Origin: Minisyncoccota bacterium
Lineage (GTDB): Bacteria > Patescibacteriota > Minisyncoccia > Phycocordibacterales > SBAW01
NCBI GenBank assembly: GCA_035510635.1
Contig: DATKGU010000003.1
Coordinates: 662-64,661, forward strand
Direction of reading: 5' to 3'
Length of the DNA: 64,000 nt
In this document: positions 37,524-46,463 of the stretch, piece after piece
Position numbering within the stretch: position 1 is the stretch's first letter
Layout of the letters: each line of letters opens with the position of its first letter
Made by a program: the position numbers and the translations under genes
The notes under the pieces: model-generated
The model's input: the letters and a program-made list of their open reading frames with translations, nothing else
Databases searched by the model: none
What the model was told of the DNA's origin: nothing

Positions 37524-37595
37524 GGCCCTATCGTCTAATGGCTAGGACAGTTCCCTCTCACGGAACAAATCGGGGTTCGAATCCCCGTAGGGTCA
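37524..37595 (+). tRNA. tRNA-Glu(CUC)
   Basis: GGCCCTA...GTTCC CTCTCAC GGAAC...CGGGG TTCGAAT CCCCG TAGGGTC A. Confidence 0.96.
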
Positions 37596-37599
37596 CAAC

Positions 37600-38253
37600 G
37601 TGGAATCTTCTCTCAAGATTTTAAAAAAGGACAAGCGGTTTGCGGCTTTGATTGCTCGGCATGGGGTGCCAGATTTAAAGCGCGGCAACAATCTCTTTCA
37701 AGCGCTTGCGCGCGCCATTGTGTACCAACAGCTCTCGGGCAAAGCAGCCAGCACTATTTACGCGCGGTTTGTCGCGCTTTTTAATGATGCAAAACTCTCT
37801 GTGAGCAAACATAAATTTCCCAAACCCGAAGAGGTGTTAAAAATACCGGTTGATAAACTCCGCAGTGCAGGCCTCTCGGGCCAAAAGGTTGGTTATCTCA
37901 AAGACTTGGCGCTCAAGTTTACCGACGGCACTATCAAGCACAAAAGTTTGCATGGTATGAGCACCGAGAAGGTCACTGCACATTTAACACAGATAAAGGG
38001 AGTAGGCGTATGGACCGTGCATATGTTGCAGATTTTTACACTCGGGCGCCCTGATGTGTTGCCGGTGGGCGACCTTGGCATACAAAAAGGGTTCCAGATA
38101 CTCTACAAACTCAAATCATTGCCGACGCCAAAAGATATGGAAAGGCTGGCAAAGCCATGGCGCGAGCATGCGTCGGTGGCGTCGTGGTATCTGTGGCGCG
38201 TAGCCGATGAAGCAAAAATAAAAGTAATTAAAAAGGGAAGTAATAAAAAATAA
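37600..38253 (+). CDS. AlkA-family DNA-3-methyladenine glycosylase
   Basis: IVYQQLSGKAA, IKGVGVWT, PVGDLGI. Confidence 0.92.
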   Translation: MESSLKILKKDKRFAALIARHGVPDLKRGNNLFQALARAIVYQQLSGKAASTIYARFVALFNDAKLSVSKHKFPKPEEVLKIPVDKLRSAGLSGQKVGYLKDLALKFTDGTIKHKSLHGMSTEKVTAHLTQIKGVGVWTVHMLQIFTLGRPDVLPVGDLGIQKGFQILYKLKSLPTPKDMERLAKPWREHASVASWYLWRVADEAKIKVIKKGSNKK

Positions 38254-38278
38254 AAGGGCAGGAACAAATGTCCTGCCC

Positions 38279-38581
38279 CTACCCAAACAACTCTAACTGG
38301 CATTCTGCGGCGCGCTTTTTTTCTTCTGCTTTGCGCCGCTTTTTGCGGGTCTGCGCGGCTTTCAATGCCATCCGCGAACGGACGATGTGCGCGACGGCTT
38401 CGATTCGGATGACGAGCTCCTCGTGCGGTATCCACACGAGCGTATGCAAGTGTTGAGTGACAAACTCGGTAATATACTGCGATTGTTTTTCAGGTATGAA
38501 TTTAAATCGCCGAGTTTGTCGCCACCCGCGACTCCGGAGTATGGAGTCAGCAATATCCTCGTCGGTCGGTCGGGGCATCAC
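38279..38581 (-). CDS. Basic hypothetical protein
   Basis: 100-aa ORF overlapping the upstream ORF by 4 nt. Confidence 0.5.
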   Translation of the reverse strand: MMPRPTDEDIADSILRSRGWRQTRRFKFIPEKQSQYITEFVTQHLHTLVWIPHEELVIRIEAVAHIVRSRMALKAAQTRKKRRKAEEKKRAAECQLELFG

Positions 38582-38814
38582 GCCCTCCGTTGTAAGGCGC
38601 GCTGCTCGTCAAACTTGTTGCGAGCATATTGAGTCCCGACCTCGGACATAAGACGCTTAACATTACCTTTATCGGTAATGCCGACGCCTCGGATTGCCTT
38701 TGAAATAGCGTCAACCTCGGTGAGGGCCTCGCCCTTTTCGAGTTTCCGTTTTGCGCTCGCCGCAAGCGCTTTAACGATTGCTGTCATTTGTTTTGCGCCT
38801 CCGGCGCTTGGCAA
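38578..38814 (-). CDS. Hypothetical protein (start possibly 38787)
   Basis: Short ORF downstream of a TTGACT promoter. Confidence 0.5.
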   Translation of the reverse strand: MPSAGGAKQMTAIVKALAASAKRKLEKGEALTEVDAISKAIRGVGITDKGNVKRLMSEVGTQYARNKFDEQRALQRRA

Positions 38815-38954
38815 GAGGAATACGCAACACTATCCGACATTAATTATGCCTATTAAAATAATGAAAGTCAAGTGAAGCTGTGGATACCTGTTTTTATATA
38901 AAAAGGGCGGCTATCTTGCGATACCGCCCCTGAGTCTCTCTCGATCATTCTGAC

Positions 38955-39383
38955 TTATGTGAACGCGGCAATGAGTTTGTTGTCTGCCTCGTTCAGTAGT
39001 TGGCGGAGCGTGCGGAGCGGTACTCGTCGGACGTGGTGGCCGTCTGGGCTCGTGCTCGGCAAGTTGTTCAGTCCTCCTGCGGGCAACGCAACCCGATAGC
39101 AGTAGACGATTTGCTGCGCCACGTTAGTCTCTCTCGGCACACTCTTCACCAACTTCAGCCTGTTGGCGGGGATGTTCAGCCCTGTTTCCGATAGGAGTAT
39201 GCGGCTCATCGCTGTGAGTGGCGCAACGCCATCTTCAACCCTGCTGCCGGGCAGTTGCCAGTCGCGCCGCAATCCTTCGATATTTTTGACCAGGACAGTT
39301 TCGCCCTCGCATTCAATGAGAGCAACCACAACTTCTCGCCGCGGCTTGCGGGAGTCTTGATAGTCGTGCAGATTTCGCATCAC
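38955..39383 (-). CDS. NUDIX-like protein with degenerate box
   Basis: WQLPGSRVEDG...AMSRILLSETGL. Confidence 0.7.
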   Translation of the reverse strand: MMRNLHDYQDSRKPRREVVVALIECEGETVLVKNIEGLRRDWQLPGSRVEDGVAPLTAMSRILLSETGLNIPANRLKLVKSVPRETNVAQQIVYCYRVALPAGGLNNLPSTSPDGHHVRRVPLRTLRQLLNEADNKLIAAFT

Positions 39384-39466
39384 ACGTCCCCAAGTTAGAG
39401 GGTAGTTCTATTCCGCGAATGATATTACACGAAAATATAGTTTTGTCAAAAATGACTCGATATACA

Positions 39467-39919
39467 TTACGCAAACAGGTCGTCTACCACCTCTTTGACC
39501 ATCGTACCATCGGCTTTGCCTTTTAAATCCTTCATAAGCGCGCCCATGAGCTGATTGGCGCCTGTTTTGTCGGCAATACCCATCTCGGCGGCTTTGACCT
39601 TGGCGGCAGCCTCAACGTCTGTTTTGCTCATCTGAGCGGGGAGGAGGGTTGCAAGCACGTCTAGCTCGGCCTTTTCGCTCTCTGCGAGCTCGGGGCGGCC
39701 ACCTGCCTCAAACTGCTCTATGGAGTCTTTGCGCTGTTTGCTGGCGCGCACAATAACCGAGAGCACCTCGTCCTCGGTGAGTACGCCGTCTGGGCCGCGG
39801 CCCTTAGAAACCAACTCGTTGGTGCACGCGGCAATAAGCCCGCGCATAACCGCGAGCTTAACCGGCTCCTTTGCCTTCATCGCGGCAATCATGGCCGCTT
39901 TTATATCTTGCTGTGTCAT
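39467..39919 (-). CDS. GatB/YqeY domain protein
   Basis: AAMKAK, KQRKDSIEQF, GKADG. Confidence 0.93.
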   Translation of the reverse strand: MTQQDIKAAMIAAMKAKEPVKLAVMRGLIAACTNELVSKGRGPDGVLTEDEVLSVIVRASKQRKDSIEQFEAGGRPELAESEKAELDVLATLLPAQMSKTDVEAAAKVKAAEMGIADKTGANQLMGALMKDLKGKADGTMVKEVVDDLFA

Positions 39920-39958
39920 ATGGCATCTACTATAGCAAAAAAATGCTAAAATGCTTGC

Positions 39959-40969
39959 ATGGATTTACTCACAGGTTTAATTATCGTATTAATACTCGTC
40001 ATACTGGGATTGGTAGCTATGGTGTACCGTGTGTGGAACACTTTGCAACAACCGCCGCTCCCGCCTCCTCCGCCCGATACCTCGAGCTTTTTACTTCTGC
40101 AAAATCAAATGAAAAATCTGCAGGACGCAGTTAAGTTTGACCTGCTCGAGGTGGTTAAGGGCGTGACGCAAACACAGGAGTCGACCAAGCAAGTGTTTGT
40201 CATTGCCGAGCAGTTGAGCAACTTGGAGAAGGTGTTAAAAAATCAAAAACAGCGCGGTAACTTGGGTGAAGCGTCGCTTGAACTCGTGATGAGCAACATT
40301 TTGCCGCCGGGCGCCTACGCGATGCAGTATGAGTTCCCTGGCGGAGAGACCGTCGACGCGATTATCCGCACCAAAGAAGGCTTTATCCCGGTTGATGCAA
40401 AGTTCCCGTTGGAAAATTACACGCGCATCCATGACGAGCGTGATGACGAGCGCCGCGCGGGGTTTGAGGAAGCGTTTAAGCGCGACTTAAAAAAGCGCAT
40501 CGACGAGACAAGCAAGTATGTGCGACCCAAAGATGGCACGCTGCCGTTTGCGTTTATGTACATCCCGGCGGAGGGCATCTACTACGACCTCCTCAACGAC
40601 GGCATTGGCGCGGTTAATACGCGCAGCCTCCTCGACTACGCACAAAACGAAAAGAAGGTGATTATTGTCTCTCCTACAACCTTTGCGGCTTATCTACAGT
40701 CGGTGCTTTATGGTTTTAAGGCGTTTAAAATTGAGGAGCAGGCAAAGGATATTGCCAAAAATGTTGAGGCTTTAGGGCGGCATATCAACGCTTATCAGGA
40801 TTACTACAAAAAGCTGGGGGCTTCGCTTTCGACTACGGTTAATCATTTTAATGCCGGCTCCAAGGAGCTTGGCAAGATAGAAAAGGATGTGCTCAAAATC
40901 GACACCTCGGCAGAAATTGCCATTGATGTGCCGGCCATCGACAGGCCTCTCCTCGAGGGCAAGGAGTAG
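39959..40969 (+). CDS. rmuC: DNA recombination protein RmuC
   Basis: RGNLGE, PVDAKFP, MYIPAE, IVSPTT. Confidence 0.93.
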   Translation: MDLLTGLIIVLILVILGLVAMVYRVWNTLQQPPLPPPPPDTSSFLLLQNQMKNLQDAVKFDLLEVVKGVTQTQESTKQVFVIAEQLSNLEKVLKNQKQRGNLGEASLELVMSNILPPGAYAMQYEFPGGETVDAIIRTKEGFIPVDAKFPLENYTRIHDERDDERRAGFEEAFKRDLKKRIDETSKYVRPKDGTLPFAFMYIPAEGIYYDLLNDGIGAVNTRSLLDYAQNEKKVIIVSPTTFAAYLQSVLYGFKAFKIEEQAKDIAKNVEALGRHINAYQDYYKKLGASLSTTVNHFNAGSKELGKIEKDVLKIDTSAEIAIDVPAIDRPLLEGKE

Positions 40970-41009
40970 TTGCAAAAATAGGGCTTTTAGGCTAGTATAT
41001 GCGGGCACT

Positions 41010-41354
41010 ATGAAAGATTTCGCAATAATCCAGACCGGCGGCAAACAATACCTCGTGGAGGAGGGTGCCGTTCTCAAAGTAGAAAAGATAAAAGGCCCGC
41101 ATAGCGAAAGCGGCTACGGTGTGTACAACGTGGGCGATAAGGTTGTTTTTGACGAGGTGCTCCTTGCCGACGACGGCAAAGCCACGACGCTCGGTGGGCC
41201 GTTTATTAAAGGCTCTAAAGTAGAGGCCGAGGTCACCAAAATCTCCCGCGCCAAAAAGGTGACGGTCATCAAATACAAAGCAAAGAGCAACTATTTTAAA
41301 AAGCGCGGCCATCGCCAGCCGTATTTTGAAGTCAAAATCACAAAACTCGCGTAA
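41010..41354 (+). CDS. rplU: 50S ribosomal protein L21
   Basis: AIIQTGGKQY, GHRQPY. Confidence 0.97.
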   Translation: MKDFAIIQTGGKQYLVEEGAVLKVEKIKGPHSESGYGVYNVGDKVVFDEVLLADDGKATTLGGPFIKGSKVEAEVTKISRAKKVTVIKYKAKSNYFKKRGHRQPYFEVKITKLA

Positions 41355-41356
41355 AC

Positions 41357-41380
41357 AAAAAAGCCCTTCGGGGCTTTTTT
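41357..41380. terminator. Bidirectional intrinsic terminator
   Basis: AAAAAAGCCC-TTC-GGGCTTTTTT between convergent rplU and recR. Confidence 0.85.
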
Positions 41381-41381
41381 G

Positions 41382-41999
41382 TTAACCTCTTGAATTAAGT
41401 GCTGAAGCAATTGTGTCTGGGTCGGCGTATTCGAGCTCACTGCCGGTGGAGAGGCCGCGGCCGAGCGAGGAGAGTTTGAAGCCGAGCCCTTCGGAAAGTG
41501 GCAGGAGTTTTTCTTGCAAGATAAGGCGGGTGTGGTCGCCCTCGGTGGTGGCCGAAAGGCCAAGGATAATCTCTTTAAGTTTGCCCGCGGCCGCGTCCTC
41601 CTCAACGCGCTTCAAGAGCTCATGCACGCGTATGTACTTTTGCGGCTCTTCGGCGGCAAGCGGTATCGTGCCGCCAAGCACAAAGTAGAGGCCGCCAAAG
41701 TTGCTGCGCTCGACATTGTCCATGTCGGCGTCCTTTTCGACTATAAAGAGGAGACCTTCGTCGCGACGCGAGCTTGCACATATGCTGCACAGATTGCTTT
41801 TGTGCTCTTCTTTAACAAACCAACGGAAGCATTTTTTGCACTGCGTGGTGTGTGCGCCGAGTTGTTGTATCGTTTCGGATAGCTCGCCGCGCACGGCAGG
41901 AGATGCAGCTAGGAGATATTGCACAAAGCGCCGCGCCTGGCGCGGCCCGATGCCGGGGAAGTGTTCAAAAGCTTCGGTTAGTTTTTCAATCGGGTTCAT
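41382..41999 (-). CDS. recR: Recombination protein RecR
   Basis: PGIGPRQARR, C4 Zn finger, YFVLGG, ELEYAD. Confidence 0.96.
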   Translation of the reverse strand: MNPIEKLTEAFEHFPGIGPRQARRFVQYLLAASPAVRGELSETIQQLGAHTTQCKKCFRWFVKEEHKSNLCSICASSRRDEGLLFIVEKDADMDNVERSNFGGLYFVLGGTIPLAAEEPQKYIRVHELLKRVEEDAAAGKLKEIILGLSATTEGDHTRLILQEKLLPLSEGLGFKLSSLGRGLSTGSELEYADPDTIASALNSRG

Positions 42000-42006
42000 T
42001 GCTTTG

Positions 42007-42120
42007 GAAAAAAGGTAAAATAGGTTGTAAGGGCAATAAGTCGAGGCTGACTGAGCCGAGACATACTAATTTTTTAGCAAAAAAATTAGGGTGACCTGAC
42101 AACCTATTTTACCTTTTTTC
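42007..42120. repeat. 22-bp perfect inverted repeat with 70-nt interior
   Basis: GAAAAAAGGTAAAATAGGTTGT / ACAACCTATTTTACCTTTTTTC. Confidence 0.9.
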
Positions 42121-42123
42121 TTT

Positions 42124-43503
42124 CTAAAAATCCTGATTTGCGTTTTCAAACGCGCCGAAGTCGGTCTTTTCCAAGCTTTGGAAGGTGGTGCGCTTTTCGT
42201 CAAAGTAGAGCTCGATTTTGCCCACCGGGCCGTTGCGGTGCTTCTCTATCATAATCTCGGCAATGTTGGGGCGCTCGCTTTCTTTATTTTGCTTGTCATC
42301 GCGATGGATAAACATAACCACATCGGCATCTTGCTCGATGGAGCCCGAGTCGCGCAGGTCGGAGAGGCGCGGTTTGCCGCCGCGCTGCTCCACGGCGCGC
42401 GAGAGTTGCGAGAGCGCAAGCACCGGCACATCAAGCTCGCGCGCCAAATTTTTAAGCGAGCGGGAAATCTCGGTCACTTGCTGGACCATGCTGTCGCTCG
42501 CACGCGCGCCAGTGGGCACCATAAGCTGGAGATAGTCGACAATCAGGAGCCCAAGACCGTGCTCCTTTTTGAGCCTTCGCGCGGTGGCGCGCATTTTTAA
42601 AATATTGTTGCCCGGCTCATCGCTGATAAAAATGGGCGCCGCGCCGAGCTTGTCATACGCCTCGCGTATCCTGTCCCAATCTTCTTGGCTGTTGATGTGG
42701 CCCGTGCGCAAGTTCCACGAGTTGACTCCTGCCTCGGCCGCAACCATGCGGTCGATAAGCTGTTGTGCGGCCATCTCGAGCGAAAATACACCGACCACGG
42801 TGCCGTGCTGCACCGCCGATTGTCGCGCGATGTCGAGTGCGAGCGATGTTTTACCAACCGAGGGCCGTGCCGCCAAAATGATAAGGTCGGACTTTTGCAG
42901 GCCCGCGAGCATATTGTCCAAATCTTTAAAGCCGGTGCGCACGCCGCGCAACTCGTCTTTGTGCTCATGCAAATGTTCGAGGCGCGTCCACGCATCTTTA
43001 AGCGAGTCGCCGAGCGACGTAAATTTGGACATCGTAGGAGCTGATGTCACTTCAAAAATCTTTTTCTCGGCCTTCTCGAGTGTTTCGTCGACATCGCTTG
43101 CCTCATCATAGCCGAGCTCGGCGACAAACTCGCCCGCGTCGATAAGGCTCCGGAGCATATATTTTTTTTGCACTTGCGCCGCATAGTGTCGCGCGCTCGA
43201 TGCCGCAGGCACGTTGCTCACAAGCTCGGCCAAGTAGCCGATGCCACCGATTTGCTCGAGCACGCTCTCGTCGCTCAATTTTGCGCGCACGCTCTCAATG
43301 TCAACAGGTTCGCTCTTGGTGTAGAGCGCGAGCATCGCTCTATATATAATGCGGTGCTTCTCGCTGTAAAAAGCATCGGGCGATATAAGATCGCTCGACT
43401 CGGTCATGCCATCGGGGCGTATCATCAGAGCGCCGAGCAAAGCCTTTTCGCTCTCGAGTGTTTGCGGCGGGACGCGCAGCGGGTCGTTATGCTTTTTTGC
43501 CAT
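42124..43503 (-). CDS. dnaB: Replicative DNA helicase
   Basis: AARPSVGKT, DYLQL, LSDLRDSGSIEQDAD, KHRNGP. Confidence 0.98.
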   Translation of the reverse strand: MAKKHNDPLRVPPQTLESEKALLGALMIRPDGMTESSDLISPDAFYSEKHRIIYRAMLALYTKSEPVDIESVRAKLSDESVLEQIGGIGYLAELVSNVPAASSARHYAAQVQKKYMLRSLIDAGEFVAELGYDEASDVDETLEKAEKKIFEVTSAPTMSKFTSLGDSLKDAWTRLEHLHEHKDELRGVRTGFKDLDNMLAGLQKSDLIILAARPSVGKTSLALDIARQSAVQHGTVVGVFSLEMAAQQLIDRMVAAEAGVNSWNLRTGHINSQEDWDRIREAYDKLGAAPIFISDEPGNNILKMRATARRLKKEHGLGLLIVDYLQLMVPTGARASDSMVQQVTEISRSLKNLARELDVPVLALSQLSRAVEQRGGKPRLSDLRDSGSIEQDADVVMFIHRDDKQNKESERPNIAEIMIEKHRNGPVGKIELYFDEKRTTFQSLEKTDFGAFENANQDF

Positions 43504-43680
43504 CCACTATAGAGTACTCTTTTTATGCAAGGGAGGGTATGTTGACGGAAGGTGGACAGATAGGGGATAACCTTTCATTTTTATTGGACCATTACGGCAC
43601 TATTGACTTTTATTGTTTTTGGGTGTTTAATTTATCTTAAACAGTTAGCCTCATTCCGAGGCTTTGAAAGGGAGGATGTA

Positions 43681-43938
43681 ATGCGGTATCACACGGAAGA
43701 ACTGGCTTTTCCAAACGGTTGGGAGGTGAAGGCTGTTCCCGGTTCGGCTGAGGGGGCGGAAAAATTCTACGTCCAAGCCAAAGTTGTGACCAACTTTGGC
43801 GAAGGCCAAGAGACAGATTGCTACCTCCTCGACGACGGCGTGTGGCATATGGAAGCGGGCGATGGATATGGACACCACTTCAGTTCCAAGGCAGAAGCTG
43901 AAGCGGCCCTCGCTTTCGAGTTCAAGGAAAGGGATTGA
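43681..43938 (+). CDS. Small acidic hypothetical protein
   Basis: GGAGG ribosome site before ATG; TTGACT promoter upstream. Confidence 0.6.
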   Translation: MRYHTEELAFPNGWEVKAVPGSAEGAEKFYVQAKVVTNFGEGQETDCYLLDDGVWHMEAGDGYGHHFSSKAEAEAALAFEFKERD

Positions 43939-44050
43939 AAGCTGCCGAATGTAAGCCGCCCGCTGCAGAGACCGCCCCCATTGGTCTCTCGGTGAGGCGG
44001 TTTTCTGTTTTTAAAGTAAGGTGTTTTAATATCAAGGAGGGTCCTCGCTT

Positions 44051-45490
44051 TTATTTTTTGCTTAGTTTTTGGCCCTCGGGGGTGTCTTTTATATCGTAAC
44101 CCAGCACTTCTATCTGCCCGCGCAGCTCGTCGGCTTTGGTAAAGTCTTTGCTCTCGCGGGCGGTTTCGCGCTCTTTCATAAGTGTTTGGACCTCCTCTGG
44201 CAAGTCGGTTTGTGCAACTACCGCAAGCTTTTGAGGTTGTCGCATGTTGGCAAGTTCCAAGCCCAATATTTTATCTGCTTCAACAAGAGTGGCTTGATTG
44301 AGATTTTTTATATGCTCCCACACAAGCGCAAGCGCTTTGGGCGTGTCGAGGTCGTTGGCGACTGCTTTATAAAATTCTTCCAAAAATTTACTATCCGGCT
44401 CGCCGTCTTTTGACATTTCAAGATAGGCGCGCGCGAGCCGCTTGAGCGCCGTGTCGGCACCTTCGATTGCTTCCCACGTAAAGTTCATTGGGCTCCTATA
44501 GTGGCCGGTGAGATACCAATAGCGTAATGCGAGCGGTGAGAAGCCACGCTCAATGATTTGATGCAGATAAATAGTATTGCCTTGCGACTTAGAGAGCCGT
44601 TTGCCCTCAATGGTGATAAACGCGTTGTGCATCCAATAGCGCACAAATTGTTTACCGGTTGCCGCCTCGGCCTGCGCTATCTCGTTGTTGTGATGTATCG
44701 GCACGAGGTCGATGCCGCCCAAGTGTATATCGATTTGTTTGCCGAGGAGCGTAAAGATCATCGCCGTGCACTCGATGTGCCAACCGGGGAAGCCGGTGCC
44801 CCAAGGGCTTTGCCACTCTTGCTGGCGTACTCCGCCTTTGGGCGAGAACTTCCACAACGCAAAGTCATGCGCATTTTTCTTCTGCATGTTTTCCTCAACA
44901 CGGGCGCCGTCTTTTTGGCCACCCAAGTTGATGTGCCCCAGCTTGCCGTACGCCGCAAATTTTGACGTATCAAAATACACGCCATCGTCAATGATATAGG
45001 CGTAGCCTTTTTCTTCCAATGTTTTAACCAATGCAATTTGCTCTGCTATATATGCCGTTGCGCGGGGGAACTCTATTTTTGAACGGTCGATGCCAAGCTG
45101 GTCTAGGTCATTAAAATAAAGTTGTGTGATTGTCTCGGCAATTTCTTGCGCGCTAAGCCCGCGTTTTTTTGCGCTCGCTTCCATCCTATCCTCGCCAATG
45201 TCGGCGTCGCCCGCGTTGTCGCCGGTGAGGTGGCCGACATCGGTAATGTTGCTCACATGCTTAACGGGGTAACCCCACACCTTGAGCGTTTTACGGAGCG
45301 TGTTGGCAAGCAGCGGCCCGCGCAAATTGCCGATGTGTTGCTGCTCGTACACGGTGGGGCCGCAGTTGTACATTTTGACTATGCCGTTTAAGGGTTCAAA
45401 AACTTCAACCTCGCCCGAGAGCGTGTTGTGGAGCTTCAATGCGGGGAAGCCGCTTTGTTTTTTGGAGGTAAAGAGTGAGAGGATGCCCAT
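44051..45490 (-). CDS. cysS: Cysteinyl-tRNA synthetase
   Basis: CGPTVY, HIGN, PGWHIEC, RLSKS. Confidence 0.97.
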   Translation of the reverse strand: MGILSLFTSKKQSGFPALKLHNTLSGEVEVFEPLNGIVKMYNCGPTVYEQQHIGNLRGPLLANTLRKTLKVWGYPVKHVSNITDVGHLTGDNAGDADIGEDRMEASAKKRGLSAQEIAETITQLYFNDLDQLGIDRSKIEFPRATAYIAEQIALVKTLEEKGYAYIIDDGVYFDTSKFAAYGKLGHINLGGQKDGARVEENMQKKNAHDFALWKFSPKGGVRQQEWQSPWGTGFPGWHIECTAMIFTLLGKQIDIHLGGIDLVPIHHNNEIAQAEAATGKQFVRYWMHNAFITIEGKRLSKSQGNTIYLHQIIERGFSPLALRYWYLTGHYRSPMNFTWEAIEGADTALKRLARAYLEMSKDGEPDSKFLEEFYKAVANDLDTPKALALVWEHIKNLNQATLVEADKILGLELANMRQPQKLAVVAQTDLPEEVQTLMKERETARESKDFTKADELRGQIEVLGYDIKDTPEGQKLSKK

Positions 45491-45511
45491 GTGTGGTTTA
45501 AGAGCGGCTGT

Positions 45512-46420
45512 TTAAAGCCAACCCTTGCGCTTGAAATATACAAAAAATACGGCCGCAAGCAAAACCATGAAGCCGGTAATGATCCAAAAGTCGCCTGGCG
45601 TGCCGAGGATTGGCGTGTAATGCGTGTTCATTTGGAAGAGGCTTGCCACGAAGGAAAGCGGCAAAAAGAGAAACGCAATGACAGTAAACATCTTCATGAC
45701 CTCGTTTTGCTTGGTCGAGAGGAGCGAGTTGTTGGTCTCACGCAGCTCCACGAGCGACTCACGCAAGTGCTCCACCGCGTGGCTCACGCGCTCATACTCG
45801 CCCTCAACATTATGCACATAATACAAAAACTCCTGGCCAAACATCTGCGTCCCGGCCGACTCAAGCGAGCGGAGCATCTCGCGGTGCGGCAGCAAAATCT
45901 GCCTAAAGTCGTAGATGACACGGCCGGTTTTGCTTATCTGCAAGACCATCGTGCGTTCTTTGCCGTCAAAAATGCGGTCTTCAATATCGGTTAAATGCTT
46001 TTCGATAATGTCGCACTCGTTGACAAGCGCCCGATAGAGGCTCGTGACCATCGCCACAAACACATGGCCTCCATGTATGGCGCTTGGCTGTCCGAGCACG
46101 CTATTGACCTCAAATACTTTTGCAAACGAGTGCAAGTGGTCGGTGGCTGCGTAGCGTGCGGTAATTAAAAAGTTCTTCCCGACGATAAAGTCTATCTCTT
46201 GCGTCGGGCGCTCGTTGAGGCCGCGCAAAATAGGGAAGTGGAGTATCACATACAACTGCTCGCCGTGGCGCTCCACCTTGGGTTTGTAGGAAGGCATGAG
46301 CAATTCCTCGGCAATGAGCGGGTCGATTGCAAACTCCTGCATGATTTGGCGCACCTCGGCCGGGGTGGGAGAGACAAGGTCTATCCACGTTAAGTTGCGC
46401 TGCGCATATCGCGTGAGCAT
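45512..46420 (-). CDS. CorA-family divalent cation transporter
   Basis: WIDLVSPT, QNEVMK, QMN in place of GMN, two C-terminal TM helices. Confidence 0.88.
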   Translation of the reverse strand: MLTRYAQRNLTWIDLVSPTPAEVRQIMQEFAIDPLIAEELLMPSYKPKVERHGEQLYVILHFPILRGLNERPTQEIDFIVGKNFLITARYAATDHLHSFAKVFEVNSVLGQPSAIHGGHVFVAMVTSLYRALVNECDIIEKHLTDIEDRIFDGKERTMVLQISKTGRVIYDFRQILLPHREMLRSLESAGTQMFGQEFLYYVHNVEGEYERVSHAVEHLRESLVELRETNNSLLSTKQNEVMKMFTVIAFLFLPLSFVASLFQMNTHYTPILGTPGDFWIITGFMVLLAAVFFVYFKRKGWL

Positions 46421-46463
46421 ATTGCCAAGTATAACACCCCCTATGCTATACTTAGTGTTAATT

